From contig OZ244937.1 in assembly GCA_965222075.1 (NCBI GenBank), positions 2,848,001-2,912,000 of the forward strand: 64,000 nt of DNA, in the 5' to 3' direction. The stretch is from Candidatus Latescibacterota bacterium. Lineage in GTDB: Bacteria; Latescibacterota; UBA2968; GCA-2709665. A program made the translations under genes and the position numbers. Positions 31,415-41,749 of this stretch are shown here, piece after piece; the stretch's first letter is position 1, and each line of letters starts with the position of its first letter. Under the pieces are notes generated by a model. That model saw only the letters and a program-made list of their open reading frames with translations. It made no database searches and was not told the DNA's origin.

Positions 31415-31441
31415 TTAGCACTCTCAATAGATGAGTGCTAA
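31415..31441. promoter_or_regulatory. CIRCE element (HrcA operator)
   Basis: Perfect TTAGCACTC-N9-GAGTGCTAA upstream of groES. Confidence 0.97.
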
Positions 31442-31449
31442 CACCTATG

Positions 31450-31478
31450 AATATACAACCTTTCCCGAAATCGCGCAA
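31450..31478 (-). promoter_or_regulatory. sigma70 promoter of groESL
   Basis: TTGCGC-17-TATATT just upstream of CIRCE. Confidence 0.7.
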
Positions 31479-31510
31479 GCATAATTTGTCCAAAACAGTG
31501 TAGCGCCCCC

Positions 31511-31993
31511 TTACCGGCCCATTTTTGCCTGCTCCAGCCGGCGTTTCCTCTCAGACAGCACCTGTTCCAAGTGTCCGATTTCGGCCTCCAGCAGATCCGG
31601 GTTCTCCGGCCCCCCCTCCTCATCGGGCGCAGGGGGATGCACCGCAGGCAACCCCGCATCGGCCCAGTCTTCGAATCCGCCCTCCATAGAAATCACCCGC
31701 TCGTATCCCAGATCCTTCAGGGACTCTGCAGCCAGGAGAGACCGTACACCACCGGCGCAGTAGACGACCACATGCCGGGATTTGTCGGGCGCCTTAACCT
31801 CCACTTCGCTCTCCAGACGCCCCCGGGGAATGTGAATCGCCCCCTCCAAGTGCCCCCGCTCCCACTCATCCAGCCCCCGCACGTCTAAGAGAACAGGAGT
31901 CTCTCCCTTCTTCAGGTGCTCGTGGACCTCCTGCACCGTCATCTCCGGCACCTCCTGCCGGGCCTCGTTCAACAGATCTTCGCGTGACTTCAC
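31511..31993 (-). CDS. Rhodanese domain protein with C-terminal coiled coil
   Basis: LLDVR..EWERGHLEGA, YCAGGVRS, GGFEDW. Confidence 0.85.
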   Translation of the reverse strand: MKSREDLLNEARQEVPEMTVQEVHEHLKKGETPVLLDVRGLDEWERGHLEGAIHIPRGRLESEVEVKAPDKSRHVVVYCAGGVRSLLAAESLKDLGYERVISMEGGFEDWADAGLPAVHPPAPDEEGGPENPDLLEAEIGHLEQVLSERKRRLEQAKMGR

Positions 31994-32048
31994 GTCGCTT
32001 CCACTCCTTTAACAGGGCCAAGTTTCAAATTCCTTGAATCACTCTACA

Positions 32049-35000
32049 TTATCTCCCACAGCACTTCTTGTACTTCTTCCCACTACCGCATGGACAGGGG
32101 TCGTTGCGCCCGACCTTCTGCACCCGCACGGGCCGCTGCTTGGGCCGTTCCCCCTCCGAGTCGGTCGTGTTGGCCACCGTCTCCGCCATCGGCGAGGCCT
32201 CGGCCATCGGGGCAAATCCCATGCCCGTCGCGTCTTCATGTACCAGGGCCAGCCGCTCGGGCCGCCGGCTCCGGCGTTGGACCGGAACCTCTTCAACGGG
32301 GATGCGGAAGAGGGTCTTGAGGGTCTCCCGGTTGATCTGGTCTAATAGATCCACGAACATCTGGAACCCCTCGCGCTTGTACTCCACCAGCGGATCCTTC
32401 TGGCCGTAGCCTCTCAGGTTGATCCCCTCTTTGAGGTCGTCCATCTCTCGGAGGTGGTCCTTCCACTTCTCGTCGATAATGCCCAGGTAGACCATGCGTT
32501 CGATCTCCCGGAGCCGTTCGGGTCCAATCAGCTGCTCGCGTCGGGCGTAAGTCTCCTGTACCCCCCGTAAGATTCGTTCGCGAAGCTCATCCCGCTTAAG
32601 TCCGGGCAGATTGTCGGTCGGAACCTCCGGCACCTGCAGGAAGGTATTCCTCAGATCCACCGACAGCCCCTCTAAGTTCCAGTCTTCCGGGTGGGCCTCC
32701 TTCGGTGCATGGGCCTCTAAAAAGGTATTGACCGTCTCTTCCATGACCTCCCTGATCTGACCGGAGATATTCCTCTGTTCCAGGGCGTACCGACGCCGGT
32801 CATAGATCACGTCCCGCTGCTGGTTCATCACATCGTCGTACTCCAGCACGTGCTTGCGCATCTCGAAATTCCGGGCCTCCACGCGCCTCTGCGCCCGTTC
32901 AATCGAACGGGTCACCATCCTGTGCTCGATCACCTCGCCCTCTTCGGCCCCCAGCTTATCCATAATCCGGGCGATCCGCTCCGATCCGAAGAGCCGCATC
33001 AGGTCGTCTTCTAAGGAAATAAAGAACCGGGAATTCCCCGGATCGCCCTGGCGGCCGGACCGCCCCCGAAGCTGTCGGTCGATCCGGCGGGACTCGTGGC
33101 GTTCGGTGCCCACAATGTGTAGCCCGCAGGGCACGTCTACCCGGCAGTCGTACTCCGCCAGGTGGGGGCAAAGTGGACGCGCATCCTCCGAATTGGCGAT
33201 CAGCGCACACTGGTGGCCCCCGGGCGCCTTGACAATCCCGGGGCCAAGTTTGATATCCGTTCCCCGTCCGGCCATATTCGTGGCGATGGTAACCGCACCC
33301 GGCTGCCCCGCCTGAGCGACAATCTGCGCCTCCTGCTCGTGATAACGGGCGTTGAGGACCGAGTGTTTGACGCTCCTCCGGTTGAGCATCCGGGAGAGGA
33401 GCTCCGACACCTCCACGGTAATCGTACCCACCAGCACCGGCAGGCCATTCTCGTGCAGTCGAACGATCTCGTCGATAATCGCGTTGTACTTTTCCCGCTT
33501 GGTCCGGTAGATCAGATCGTCGGAATCGGGCCGGCGCACCGGTTCGTTCGTGGGAATAACCACCACATCCAGCTTGTAGATCTCGTGGAGCTCTGCGCTC
33601 TCGGTCTCGGCCGTACCCGTCATCCCGGCCAGTTTGTGGTAGAGCCGGAAATAGTTCTGCAGCGTAATCGTCGCAACCGTCTGGGTATCCCGTTCGACCT
33701 TAACCTTCTCCTTGGCCTCTATGGCCTGGTGGAGCCCATCGGCATATCGCCGCCCAGGCTGCGGCCGACCCGTGTACTCATCTACAATAACGACCCGGCC
33801 CTCGTCCACCAGGTACTTCACATCCTTCTCGTAGAGCATGTAGGCAACAAGCAGCTGCTGCACACTGTGAATGGCCTCGCTCTTGCGGGCATAATCCTGG
33901 TAGGCCTCATCCTGCGCCTTGGCCTTCTCTCCGGGGGGAAGGGACACATCGGCCTCGATATCGTGCAAAACCTCATCTAAGTCGGGCAGCACAAAATCAT
34001 CGGGATGCTTGCTAATCTCCACCCGCCCTTTTTCGGTCAGGTCAATGACGTGGCTCTTTTCGTCAATACTAAAATAAAGGTCCTCGTCCAGTTCGCCCAG
34101 GCGCTTGTCGCGCATGTAATCCGCCTCGACCCGGCCGACCAGCTTCTTGATGCCTTCCTCCTGCAACAGCTTCATAAACCGCCTGTTCTTGGGCGCGCCC
34201 CGCTGGACCTGTAAAAGCCGGATGCCGGCCTCGTAATCGTCCTCGTCCAGTTGTTCCTCCGCCTCGCTCAAAATCCGGTTCACCACACGGGTCTGCTCCT
34301 TTACCAATCGCTCCACTAAGGGGCGCATCTCATCGTAGCGCTGGTTGTCCGCTTCAGACACTATCCCGGAAATAATCAGGGGCGTTCGGGCTTCGTCGAT
34401 CAAAATGCTGTCGGCCTCGTCAATAATCGCAAAATGGTGCTCCCGCTGCATCAGGTCTTCCGGACGTATTGCCATATTGTCGTAGAGGTAGTCGAACCCG
34501 AACTGGTCCTTGGTGCCGTAAACAATATCGGCCTGATACGCGTCTGCATGATCGCACTCCCGCAGCTGGTAGCCCCCCTGCTGGTCCTCTTCAACCAGGT
34601 AGGCCTCAACGCCCAGTGCCCGATCCTGAATAATCCCCACACTCAGTCCCAGGAAGAGGTAAATGGGGCCCAACCACATGGCATCCCGTTTGGCCAGGTA
34701 GGAATTCACCGTCACCAGGTGCACGCCCCTGCCGGCAAGCCCGTTGAGGTAGAGCGGCATGCCTGCCACCAGCGTCTTCCCTTCCCCGGTGGCCATTTCG
34801 GCGACCTTGCCCTGATGCAGCACAGTCGCGCCGATCAACTGCACATCGTAGGGGACCTCCACCCAGGCGATTTCATCCCCTGCCCGCTCCCAGCGCTTGC
34901 CCACCATGCGCCGGCAGGTCTCCTTAAAAACCGCATAGGCCTCCGGCAGAATCTCATCTAAGACCTCCGCCTCGATCTCCCGGGTCTCCGATTCCACCTC

Positions 35001-35264
35001 GCTGATCTCGTCCAACAGGTCCTGGCGGTCACCGTCATCCCCCGCCCCTTCCAGACCAGCGCGCAGGGCCTCCCGCGCCTCCTGCACTTCCCGGGTAGCC
35101 TCCGCAATCCGGCCCCGGAACTCGGCCGTTTTCCCCTTCAAGGCCTCGTCTGAAAGCTCCGCACAGGTGGCATAAGTGCGGTTGATCTCCTCCACGACCG
35201 GACGGATCTTCTTAATATCCCGCTCGTGCTTGGTCCCAACAATCTTGGTCAGTATTCCCATCAT
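32049..35264 (-). CDS. secA: Preprotein translocase ATPase SecA (long form, C-terminal SEC-C)
   Basis: EMATGEGKT, IDEADSILIDEARTPLI, ATNMAGRGTDI, RQLRGRSGRQGDPG, GRNDPCPCGSGKKYKKC. Confidence 0.98.
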   Translation of the reverse strand: MMGILTKIVGTKHERDIKKIRPVVEEINRTYATCAELSDEALKGKTAEFRGRIAEATREVQEAREALRAGLEGAGDDGDRQDLLDEISEVESETREIEAEVLDEILPEAYAVFKETCRRMVGKRWERAGDEIAWVEVPYDVQLIGATVLHQGKVAEMATGEGKTLVAGMPLYLNGLAGRGVHLVTVNSYLAKRDAMWLGPIYLFLGLSVGIIQDRALGVEAYLVEEDQQGGYQLRECDHADAYQADIVYGTKDQFGFDYLYDNMAIRPEDLMQREHHFAIIDEADSILIDEARTPLIISGIVSEADNQRYDEMRPLVERLVKEQTRVVNRILSEAEEQLDEDDYEAGIRLLQVQRGAPKNRRFMKLLQEEGIKKLVGRVEADYMRDKRLGELDEDLYFSIDEKSHVIDLTEKGRVEISKHPDDFVLPDLDEVLHDIEADVSLPPGEKAKAQDEAYQDYARKSEAIHSVQQLLVAYMLYEKDVKYLVDEGRVVIVDEYTGRPQPGRRYADGLHQAIEAKEKVKVERDTQTVATITLQNYFRLYHKLAGMTGTAETESAELHEIYKLDVVVIPTNEPVRRPDSDDLIYRTKREKYNAIIDEIVRLHENGLPVLVGTITVEVSELLSRMLNRRSVKHSVLNARYHEQEAQIVAQAGQPGAVTIATNMAGRGTDIKLGPGIVKAPGGHQCALIANSEDARPLCPHLAEYDCRVDVPCGLHIVGTERHESRRIDRQLRGRSGRQGDPGNSRFFISLEDDLMRLFGSERIARIMDKLGAEEGEVIEHRMVTRSIERAQRRVEARNFEMRKHVLEYDDVMNQQRDVIYDRRRYALEQRNISGQIREVMEETVNTFLEAHAPKEAHPEDWNLEGLSVDLRNTFLQVPEVPTDNLPGLKRDELRERILRGVQETYARREQLIGPERLREIERMVYLGIIDEKWKDHLREMDDLKEGINLRGYGQKDPLVEYKREGFQMFVDLLDQINRETLKTLFRIPVEEVPVQRRSRRPERLALVHEDATGMGFAPMAEASPMAETVANTTDSEGERPKQRPVRVQKVGRNDPCPCGSGKKYKKCCGR

Positions 35265-35344
35265 GGCCGTTTACCTGCATTGAATAGTGCCAGAATTGTA
35301 TATGGAAAATTTTCCAACCGGCAACCTGCAATTCAATTCCCCCT

Positions 35345-35558
35345 TCACCTCCCCACCCCCAGCCGCTCCGCCAGCAGTTCGGGCAGACCGGCTTCTCGAA
35401 TCTTGGCCTGTGCCCCGGCCACATCATAGGGCACCCGGCAAAGCCGGAACGCTGCGGCCTCCTGATCCCAGATCACGAAGGCCGCCCGGGGGTCTCCATC
35501 GCGGGGCTGCCCCGTAGCCCACCAGGTCTCCCAGGCACTTGGAAAGCAAACCCCGCAT
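35345..35558 (-). pseudogene. Internally deleted, frameshifted metallophosphoesterase remnant
   Basis: MRGLLSKCLGDLVGYG joined out of frame to GQPRDGDPRAAFVIWD...RVPYDVAGAQAKIREAGLPELLAERLGVGR*. Confidence 0.8.
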
Positions 35559-35594
35559 TTCCGGGGAGGGCGGTAGGGACAAGCCCCTGGCCCC

Positions 35595-36014
35595 TCAGCC
35601 CCCTGCTATCCCTTCTCGCTTGACCAGGGCATCTAAGATGCCGTTGATAAAGGCCGGAGACTTCTCCACACTGTAGCGCTTGGCCAGCTCAATCGCCTCA
35701 TTGATGGAGACCTTTACTGGTATATCGCCAAACGCCAGAATCTCGGTGAGGGCCATCCGTAGCAGAATCCCATCGATCCGGGAAATCCGCTCTAAGGCCC
35801 AGTTCTCCGAAGCGCTTTTGATCAGCCCGTCCAGCTTCTCCCGACGCGCCGAGGTCGCTTTGCCAAGCGCCATGGCAAAGCGGGACGCATCCGATGACAG
35901 GCCAGTGCGCAAACACATGGTATGCAGCGTCTGCCGAACCGGGTCTTCCGAACTCTCGGCCCAGTAGAGGGCCTGCAGCACGACCTCTCGGGCCTTTCGG
36001 CGGGAGCCCCTCAT
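35595..36014 (-). CDS. nusB: Transcription antitermination factor NusB
   Basis: [39 protein letters not shown]. Confidence 0.95.
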   Translation of the reverse strand: MRGSRRKAREVVLQALYWAESSEDPVRQTLHTMCLRTGLSSDASRFAMALGKATSARREKLDGLIKSASENWALERISRIDGILLRMALTEILAFGDIPVKVSINEAIELAKRYSVEKSPAFINGILDALVKREGIAGG

Positions 36015-36490
36015 GCCTGCCCACCACCCCATGCCTCCAGCAGGTTGACCATCTCAATCGCGCCCAACGCCGCCGCCCACCCCTTGTTCCCGGCCTTGGT
36101 GCCCGCCCGTTCAATCGCCTGCTCAACCGTATCGGTGGTCAGCACCCCAAACAGGGTCGGCACGCCCGATTCCAGTCCTACCTTTGCAATCCCCCTGGAG
36201 GCCTCACTGGCCACGTACTCGAAATGGGGGGTGCTCCCCCGAATCACGGCGCCCAGACAGATGATGGCGTCGTAGCGGCCGCTTTCCGCCATCTTCCGGG
36301 CCATTAAAGGGATCTCAAAGGACCCCGGCACCCACACCACATCTACCGCGTCTAAGTCGGCCCCGTGACGACCCAGGCAGTCTTGCGCCCCCTCCAGCAG
36401 CGACTTTCCGATATACGCGTTGAACCGGCCCACGACAATGCCAAATCGTTTCCCTTCCGCCGACAGTTCCCCTTCATATACCCTGGGCAT
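36011..36490 (-). CDS. ribH: 6,7-dimethyl-8-ribityllumazine synthase
   Basis: [37 protein letters not shown]. Confidence 0.97.
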   Translation of the reverse strand: MPRVYEGELSAEGKRFGIVVGRFNAYIGKSLLEGAQDCLGRHGADLDAVDVVWVPGSFEIPLMARKMAESGRYDAIICLGAVIRGSTPHFEYVASEASRGIAKVGLESGVPTLFGVLTTDTVEQAIERAGTKAGNKGWAAALGAIEMVNLLEAWGGGQA

Positions 36491-37757
36491 GGGTCCCCTC
36501 CGACGTTGCGTCGTCCAGCTTCAAATCCTCTTCCGCAAAGATGTGGCCCATCTTCTCCTGCTTGGTGCGCAGATACCGGATGTTCCACGGGGTAAGCTTG
36601 ATCTCCACGGGAATCCGCTCTACAATCTCAATCCCGTAGGCCTCCAGACCCACCCGCTTGGCCGGATTGTTTGTGATCAGACGCGCCTTGCGAATCCCCA
36701 GGTCAAGCAAAATCTGGGCCCCGATCCCGTAGTCCCGGTCGTCCATCTTAAACCCGAGTTTCAAATTGGCCTCCACCGTATCGTACCCCTCCTCCTGCAG
36801 TTTGTAGGCCCGAATCTTCTCCCGCAATCCGATGCCGCGCCCCTCCTGTCGCATGTACACAACTGCCCCCTGCCCTTCCTTCTCGATCATCTCAATTGCC
36901 GAGTGGAGGTTCGTGTCGCAGTCGCACCGCAGTGAACCGAACACATCTCCCGTTAAGCACTCCGAATGCATCCTCAGGAGCACCGGTTGCCCGCTGGAAA
37001 CGTCGCCCTTGACCAGGGCCGTGTGAGGGCGTTCATCCACGTCACTCTCATAAAGGCTCAACGAAAACTCGCCAAACCGGGTGGGCAGGTGCACGGTCTC
37101 AATACAGTGCACCAGCTTTTCAGAACGATGGCGGTAGGCGATCAGATCCCGAATCGTAATCACCTTCAGGTCAAAATGGCCGGCCATCTCGATCAAATAC
37201 GGCAGCCTTGCCATCGTCCCGTCGGGGTTCAGGATCTCGCAGAGCACCCCGGCCGGGTAAAGCCCGGCAAGCCGCGCTAAGTCCACGGCCGCCTCCGTAT
37301 GCCCGGCCCTGCGCAGCACCCCTCCCGGCCGCGCCCGCAGGGGAAAGATATGCCCGGGACGGGCAAAGTCGAGCGGTTGGGCATCCGCATCCACAAACCG
37401 CTGCACAGTCACCGCCCGGTCGTGCGCCGAGATCCCGGTGGTGGTCCCCTCCACCGCATCGATACTGACGGTAAAGGGCGTGCCGTGCAGCGCAGTGTTG
37501 CGGTCCACCATCATATCCAGCTTGAGTTCCTCCAACCGCTCCGGTGTCGCCGGCAGGCAGATCAGGCCGCGTCCGTGGCCGGCCATAAAGTTGATCGCAT
37601 CCGGCGTCACCTTCTGGGCGGCCATAATCAGGTCGCCCTCATTCTCCCGGTCTTCGTCGTCCACTACAATCACCATCTTCCCGGACCGGATGTCTTCCAG
37701 GGCATCTTCGATAGGAGCAATGCGGACCGGAGCGTCTTCACTGTTGGGATTGGCCAT
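36474..37757 (-). CDS. ribBA: Bifunctional DHBP synthase / GTP cyclohydrolase II
   Basis: [37 protein letters not shown]. Confidence 0.97.
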   Translation of the reverse strand: MANPNSEDAPVRIAPIEDALEDIRSGKMVIVVDDEDRENEGDLIMAAQKVTPDAINFMAGHGRGLICLPATPERLEELKLDMMVDRNTALHGTPFTVSIDAVEGTTTGISAHDRAVTVQRFVDADAQPLDFARPGHIFPLRARPGGVLRRAGHTEAAVDLARLAGLYPAGVLCEILNPDGTMARLPYLIEMAGHFDLKVITIRDLIAYRHRSEKLVHCIETVHLPTRFGEFSLSLYESDVDERPHTALVKGDVSSGQPVLLRMHSECLTGDVFGSLRCDCDTNLHSAIEMIEKEGQGAVVYMRQEGRGIGLREKIRAYKLQEEGYDTVEANLKLGFKMDDRDYGIGAQILLDLGIRKARLITNNPAKRVGLEAYGIEIVERIPVEIKLTPWNIRYLRTKQEKMGHIFAEEDLKLDDATSEGTHAQGI

Positions 37758-37809
37758 ACGCTTCGCCTTTTCAAACACCAAAGAGGCTATTCCTCACGCT
37801 TGAAAGTTG

Positions 37810-38403
37810 TCAATTCCGGCTGGTAAACAGACGTTCGAGATACCGCGCCACCATATCCACCTCCAAATTGACCGGATCGCCCATCCGGCGCTCGGAAATC
37901 GTGGTCACCTCAAGCGTATGCGGAATCACCGCAACCGTAAAATCCCGGGAGGAAACCGAAACTACCGTCAGACTGATCCCGTCCACCGCAATCGATCCCT
38001 TCTCGGCCACGTGGGACGCCAGATCGGCACCCATGCCGATCTGGAACACAACATGATCCGATGACTCCCGCCGCTTCAACACCTTCCCCACCCCGGCCAC
38101 GTGCCCGGCCACGAAGTGCCCGCCCAGCCGGTCGCCGACCTTCAAGGATCGCTCCAAATTCATCCGGCTGCCCACCCGCAGCCGCGAGAGCGTGGTCCGC
38201 CGGAGCGTCTCTTCCACCGACTCCACCGTGAACCCGCGTCCGTCAAACCCCACCACCGTATGGCAGGCCCCGTCTAAGTTGATGCTGTCTCCAACCCGGA
38301 CATCCTCTAAAACCCGCTGCGCATCCACCGTAGTCTGCTGATACCCGGCCCGCTGCTGAACCGACCGCACCACCCCAATCTCTTCGACAATTCCCGTAAA
38401 CAT
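37810..38403 (-). CDS. ribE: Riboflavin synthase alpha chain
   Basis: MFTGIVEE, NLERSL, GSIAVDGISLTV, VNLEVD. Confidence 0.95.
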   Translation of the reverse strand: MFTGIVEEIGVVRSVQQRAGYQQTTVDAQRVLEDVRVGDSINLDGACHTVVGFDGRGFTVESVEETLRRTTLSRLRVGSRMNLERSLKVGDRLGGHFVAGHVAGVGKVLKRRESSDHVVFQIGMGADLASHVAEKGSIAVDGISLTVVSVSSRDFTVAVIPHTLEVTTISERRMGDPVNLEVDMVARYLERLFTSRN

Positions 38404-38434
38404 AACCCTCCCTACAACCCAGAATCAACTCGAC

Positions 38435-39526
38435 TCATTGCCTTCTCACCCGCGCCGTACAAAAAAGGTCCGCTCCAATCCGCTCCACCTCGACCTCCTC
38501 CAGCTCCACTGCCCCCACGACCCGGTCGATTCCCAGATCCCCCACCGCAGGGATCCCGCCGCCCAGGATCTTTGGGGCGATGAACACCGCCATCCGATCC
38601 ACCAGCCCCTCCCGCAGCGCCGAAGCCGCCACCTGTCCGCCTCCCTCAACCAGCACATGGATCAGATTCTCGGCCGCAGCCCGGGCCAGCACATCCCGTA
38701 TCCGGGGGCGGCCCTGCACTGCGGGCACCTGCCACACCCGTGCCCCCGCCGCCGCCACCTCTTTCTGCCTTTCCTGCAAAACCCCTTCAGCCGCTGCCAC
38801 AACCAGGGGCGCTCCTGCAAACACCTTCGCCCGTGTACAAATCCGCAGCCCGCTGTCCAGCACGATCTTCACCGGATCGCGCCCCTCTACGTGCCGCACC
38901 GAAAGCTCGGGATCGTCGGCCCGCACCGTCCCGGCGCCCACCAAGATCGCATCGACCCGTGCGCGCAATCGGTGGGCGTAAGCCCTCGAGGCCTTTGAGG
39001 TGATCCACCTCGAATCGCCCGACGCCGCCGCAATACGCCCGTCCAGCGTCTGCGCCAGCTTCAGCGTCACAAACGGAAGCCCGCACGTGCGGTGCTTGGT
39101 GTAGACCTCATTGAGCCGCCGGGCCTGCCCCTCTAACAGCCCCACTTCCACACAGATGCCCGCCTCCCCAAGCCGCGCAACACCCTGCCCCGACACGCGC
39201 GGGTCGGGATCTTCCATCGCGCACACCACGCGTGCGACCCGCTTCTGGATAATCAGCTCCGTACAGGCCGGTGTCCTGCCGGTAAAGCAACAGGGCTCCA
39301 GCGTCACATACAGGGTCACATCCTGCGCGCTCGCACCCACCGGCGAAAGCGCAAAGACCTCCGCATGCGGCTGCCCAGGCCCAGGGTGGTATCCCTGCCC
39401 CACAATCCGCCCCCCCTGCACCGCCACCGCACCCACCATCGGATTGGGCCGAACCGTCTCAAGCCCCCGCTCCGCCAGTTCTAAAGCCAGCCGCATATAA
39501 TCAGCATCCGTCATCGCCGATTCCAT
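38435..39526 (-). CDS. ribD: Riboflavin biosynthesis deaminase/reductase
   Basis: PNPMVGAV, HAEVFAL, TLEPCC, QTLDGRIA, VEGGG. Confidence 0.95.
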   Translation of the reverse strand: MESAMTDADYMRLALELAERGLETVRPNPMVGAVAVQGGRIVGQGYHPGPGQPHAEVFALSPVGASAQDVTLYVTLEPCCFTGRTPACTELIIQKRVARVVCAMEDPDPRVSGQGVARLGEAGICVEVGLLEGQARRLNEVYTKHRTCGLPFVTLKLAQTLDGRIAAASGDSRWITSKASRAYAHRLRARVDAILVGAGTVRADDPELSVRHVEGRDPVKIVLDSGLRICTRAKVFAGAPLVVAAAEGVLQERQKEVAAAGARVWQVPAVQGRPRIRDVLARAAAENLIHVLVEGGGQVAASALREGLVDRMAVFIAPKILGGGIPAVGDLGIDRVVGAVELEEVEVERIGADLFCTARVRRQ

Positions 39527-39538
39527 CCCCGCACGTCC

Positions 39539-39597
39539 ATTGCGGATTTCGGATTGGGGCTTGCGGAATGAATGCTTTTAAATCCGCATTCCGCAAT
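39539..39597. repeat. Inverted heptamer repeat element
   Basis: ttgcgga tttcgga ... ttgcgga ... tccgca ttccgca at. Confidence 0.65.
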
Positions 39598-39598
39598 T

Positions 39599-41749
39599 TT
39601 ATTCAACCTCAACCACCGCCTTCCCAACCCCCACATTCCCCAGTGCATCCACGGCCCGCACCACCACCGCATACTCACCCGGCATCAGCTTTTCAATGGC
39701 AAAGCTGAGAGACTCGGTTCGGGAATCGAAGATCTGGTCTGCTGGAAAAATCACCTTCCAGGGCCCGGAATTGACCGCATAGGACGCCTCCCGGATCGGG
39801 CTGATCGCATCCGAAACCGAGCCCTCCACCAAAACCGTGCCCGGCTCCGTCTGCCGAACCGCACTCAGGCGGACGAACGGCGGCGTGTGGTCCAGATCAA
39901 AGGGCTCGCTCACCTTTTCGGCCGAAAGGGCCGTCGGCTCGGGATTGCTCAACCGGTCGGAGGCCACCACCCGGACCTGCATGGTGCCCTCCGGCGCCGA
40001 TTCGATGTTCCAAACGTAGGAGGTGGACCGGATCTCCTCTTCCAAGAGCTTCCACGACTTCTCTTCTCGCCCCCGGAAATAGATGTCGTAGACCAGCCGG
40101 TCGTTGTTGACGTCTCCTCCAGACCAGGCGATCTTCCAGACCCCCTTCTGGGCGTCGGCGGAAGGATGGCGGCCTTTGCCCCCATCCTTCCCCGATCCAG
40201 AGTGTCCCCCACCCCCGGAGGCGCTGTTCTTTCTCTGCGGGGGAGAAACCGCTAAGGAAAGAACCTGTGGCCGCACGTTCTCCTGAAGGCCCGCCAGGGT
40301 CACCTCCCGCAACCGGGGCGTGGCCGTGTCCGTCTCCGATCCCAGGCGCACCCGGTACTGCAGGAACCGTCCCGGTGGACTGGGGACCTGCCCCGCCACC
40401 CTGATCGGACCGGACCAGGGGCTCCAGGTATCGTCGGGAACCTCGCTGTTGCCCGACCGCGTTTGAAAAGAAATCGACGTTCCCTCCGGCAGATCGGCCT
40501 TCCAGGCCGCCCTGCCCCACCTGGACACCACGGCAAAATCCCGGGGTTTGGAAGTCAAACTGCCCTCCGGGGCATAGCCCTTGCCCAGCCGGTAGACCTT
40601 TCCGGCCCCGCCGATCCAGAAGCCGCCCTTTTGGGAAGGGCAAAACGCCCAGGGCTGCACATCTGCCATTCGGGCCAGCAGCGTGGCCGCGCCGTCGCTC
40701 CTGACCCGGTACACGCTTCCCTTATCCCCGGTAACCACAGTCACCTCACCACCTGCATCGATGGCCAGGGCCAAAAGCATCGGCTCGGAGGCCTCCCAGA
40801 GCCGGAACGCCGCGCCCGAAGGCCGAATCGCGTAGAGCGCGGACGACTCCTGCTCTGGAGCAGGCCGGGGCTGCTGCGACGGCGGCGCTGCCCCCTTGCC
40901 CCCATCAACGCGCGAACTCCCCGACATTGCGCCGGCATACAGCACGCCGTCGGTTCCCAGGGCCAGCGCGTGGACCTCCTTCTCCGCAGCGTCGTAGAGC
41001 ACCTCCACCTTCCCCTTGGCGTCCACCCTGTAGACCAGCCCGTTCTCATCCGTCCCGGCATACAGCCGCCCGTCCGGACCCCGGATGAGGCAGACCACGT
41101 TGTGGTCGGAACTCTGGTAGACCGGCTCGGCCTCCCCTCCGGGAGAAATCCGGACGATCCGCCCCTGTTTTCTTCCGGTGGCCGCATACAGCCCCCCACC
41201 CACCCCTGGCACCAGCGCCCAGACGTGGTCATCGCCGGTGTGGCAGAACGTCACCGGATCTCTCCCCGGGGCAATACGGTAGATCAGCCCGTCCGGCGAG
41301 GACCCTGCGTAGAGTGCCCCGTCCGACCCCACAGTCAGGCTAAAAATGGCCACCTCCGGGGAGTCAAACAGGAGGTCGGGGGCTCCCCTTCCATCCAACA
41401 CAAAGACCTTACCGCTGTTGCCCGTCGCAATATAGAGCCGTCCCTTCCCGTCCTCTGCAAGCGCCCAGACAAACTGCTCACCCGTATCCGCCACCTCTTC
41501 CAGTACCGGCGAAAGTGTGACCACCCCATCCCGGGTCAGAGAGACCCCCTCCGGCTCTCCCTTCAAAAACGCCTTCTGCGTATCCTCCCGCCAGACAATA
41601 GGCGAAACAGCCCCCGCCACACCCGCCAGGCACACCAGCCACACCACACCAATGCAGATTGCAGATTGCAGATTGCGGATTTGGCGTCTTGCAATCTGAA
41701 ATCCGAAATCCGAATGCCTCCCCTGACCCCTGACTTTACTTTTTCCCAC
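39599..41749 (-). CDS. Secreted beta-propeller (WD40/NHL-like) protein with C-terminal FN3/Ig-like domains
   Basis: Hydrophobic signal ending AGA; repeated blades (VWALA.DGKGRLYIATG, SDGALYAGS, PDGRLYAGT); TRSGNSEVPDDTWSPWS. Start uncertain (GTG 41749). Confidence 0.7.
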   Translation of the reverse strand: MGKSKVRGQGRHSDFGFQIARRQIRNLQSAICIGVVWLVCLAGVAGAVSPIVWREDTQKAFLKGEPEGVSLTRDGVVTLSPVLEEVADTGEQFVWALAEDGKGRLYIATGNSGKVFVLDGRGAPDLLFDSPEVAIFSLTVGSDGALYAGSSPDGLIYRIAPGRDPVTFCHTGDDHVWALVPGVGGGLYAATGRKQGRIVRISPGGEAEPVYQSSDHNVVCLIRGPDGRLYAGTDENGLVYRVDAKGKVEVLYDAAEKEVHALALGTDGVLYAGAMSGSSRVDGGKGAAPPSQQPRPAPEQESSALYAIRPSGAAFRLWEASEPMLLALAIDAGGEVTVVTGDKGSVYRVRSDGAATLLARMADVQPWAFCPSQKGGFWIGGAGKVYRLGKGYAPEGSLTSKPRDFAVVSRWGRAAWKADLPEGTSISFQTRSGNSEVPDDTWSPWSGPIRVAGQVPSPPGRFLQYRVRLGSETDTATPRLREVTLAGLQENVRPQVLSLAVSPPQRKNSASGGGGHSGSGKDGGKGRHPSADAQKGVWKIAWSGGDVNNDRLVYDIYFRGREEKSWKLLEEEIRSTSYVWNIESAPEGTMQVRVVASDRLSNPEPTALSAEKVSEPFDLDHTPPFVRLSAVRQTEPGTVLVEGSVSDAISPIREASYAVNSGPWKVIFPADQIFDSRTESLSFAIEKLMPGEYAVVVRAVDALGNVGVGKAVVEVE
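41651..41716. repeat. Inverted heptamer repeat element within the 5' end of a CDS
   Basis: (TTGCAGA)n...(AATCCGA)n. Confidence 0.65.

Noticed and set aside
39527-39598. Possible FMN riboswitch before ribD
   Set aside because: Only 72 nt, filled by a heptamer repeat; no RFN conserved motifs.
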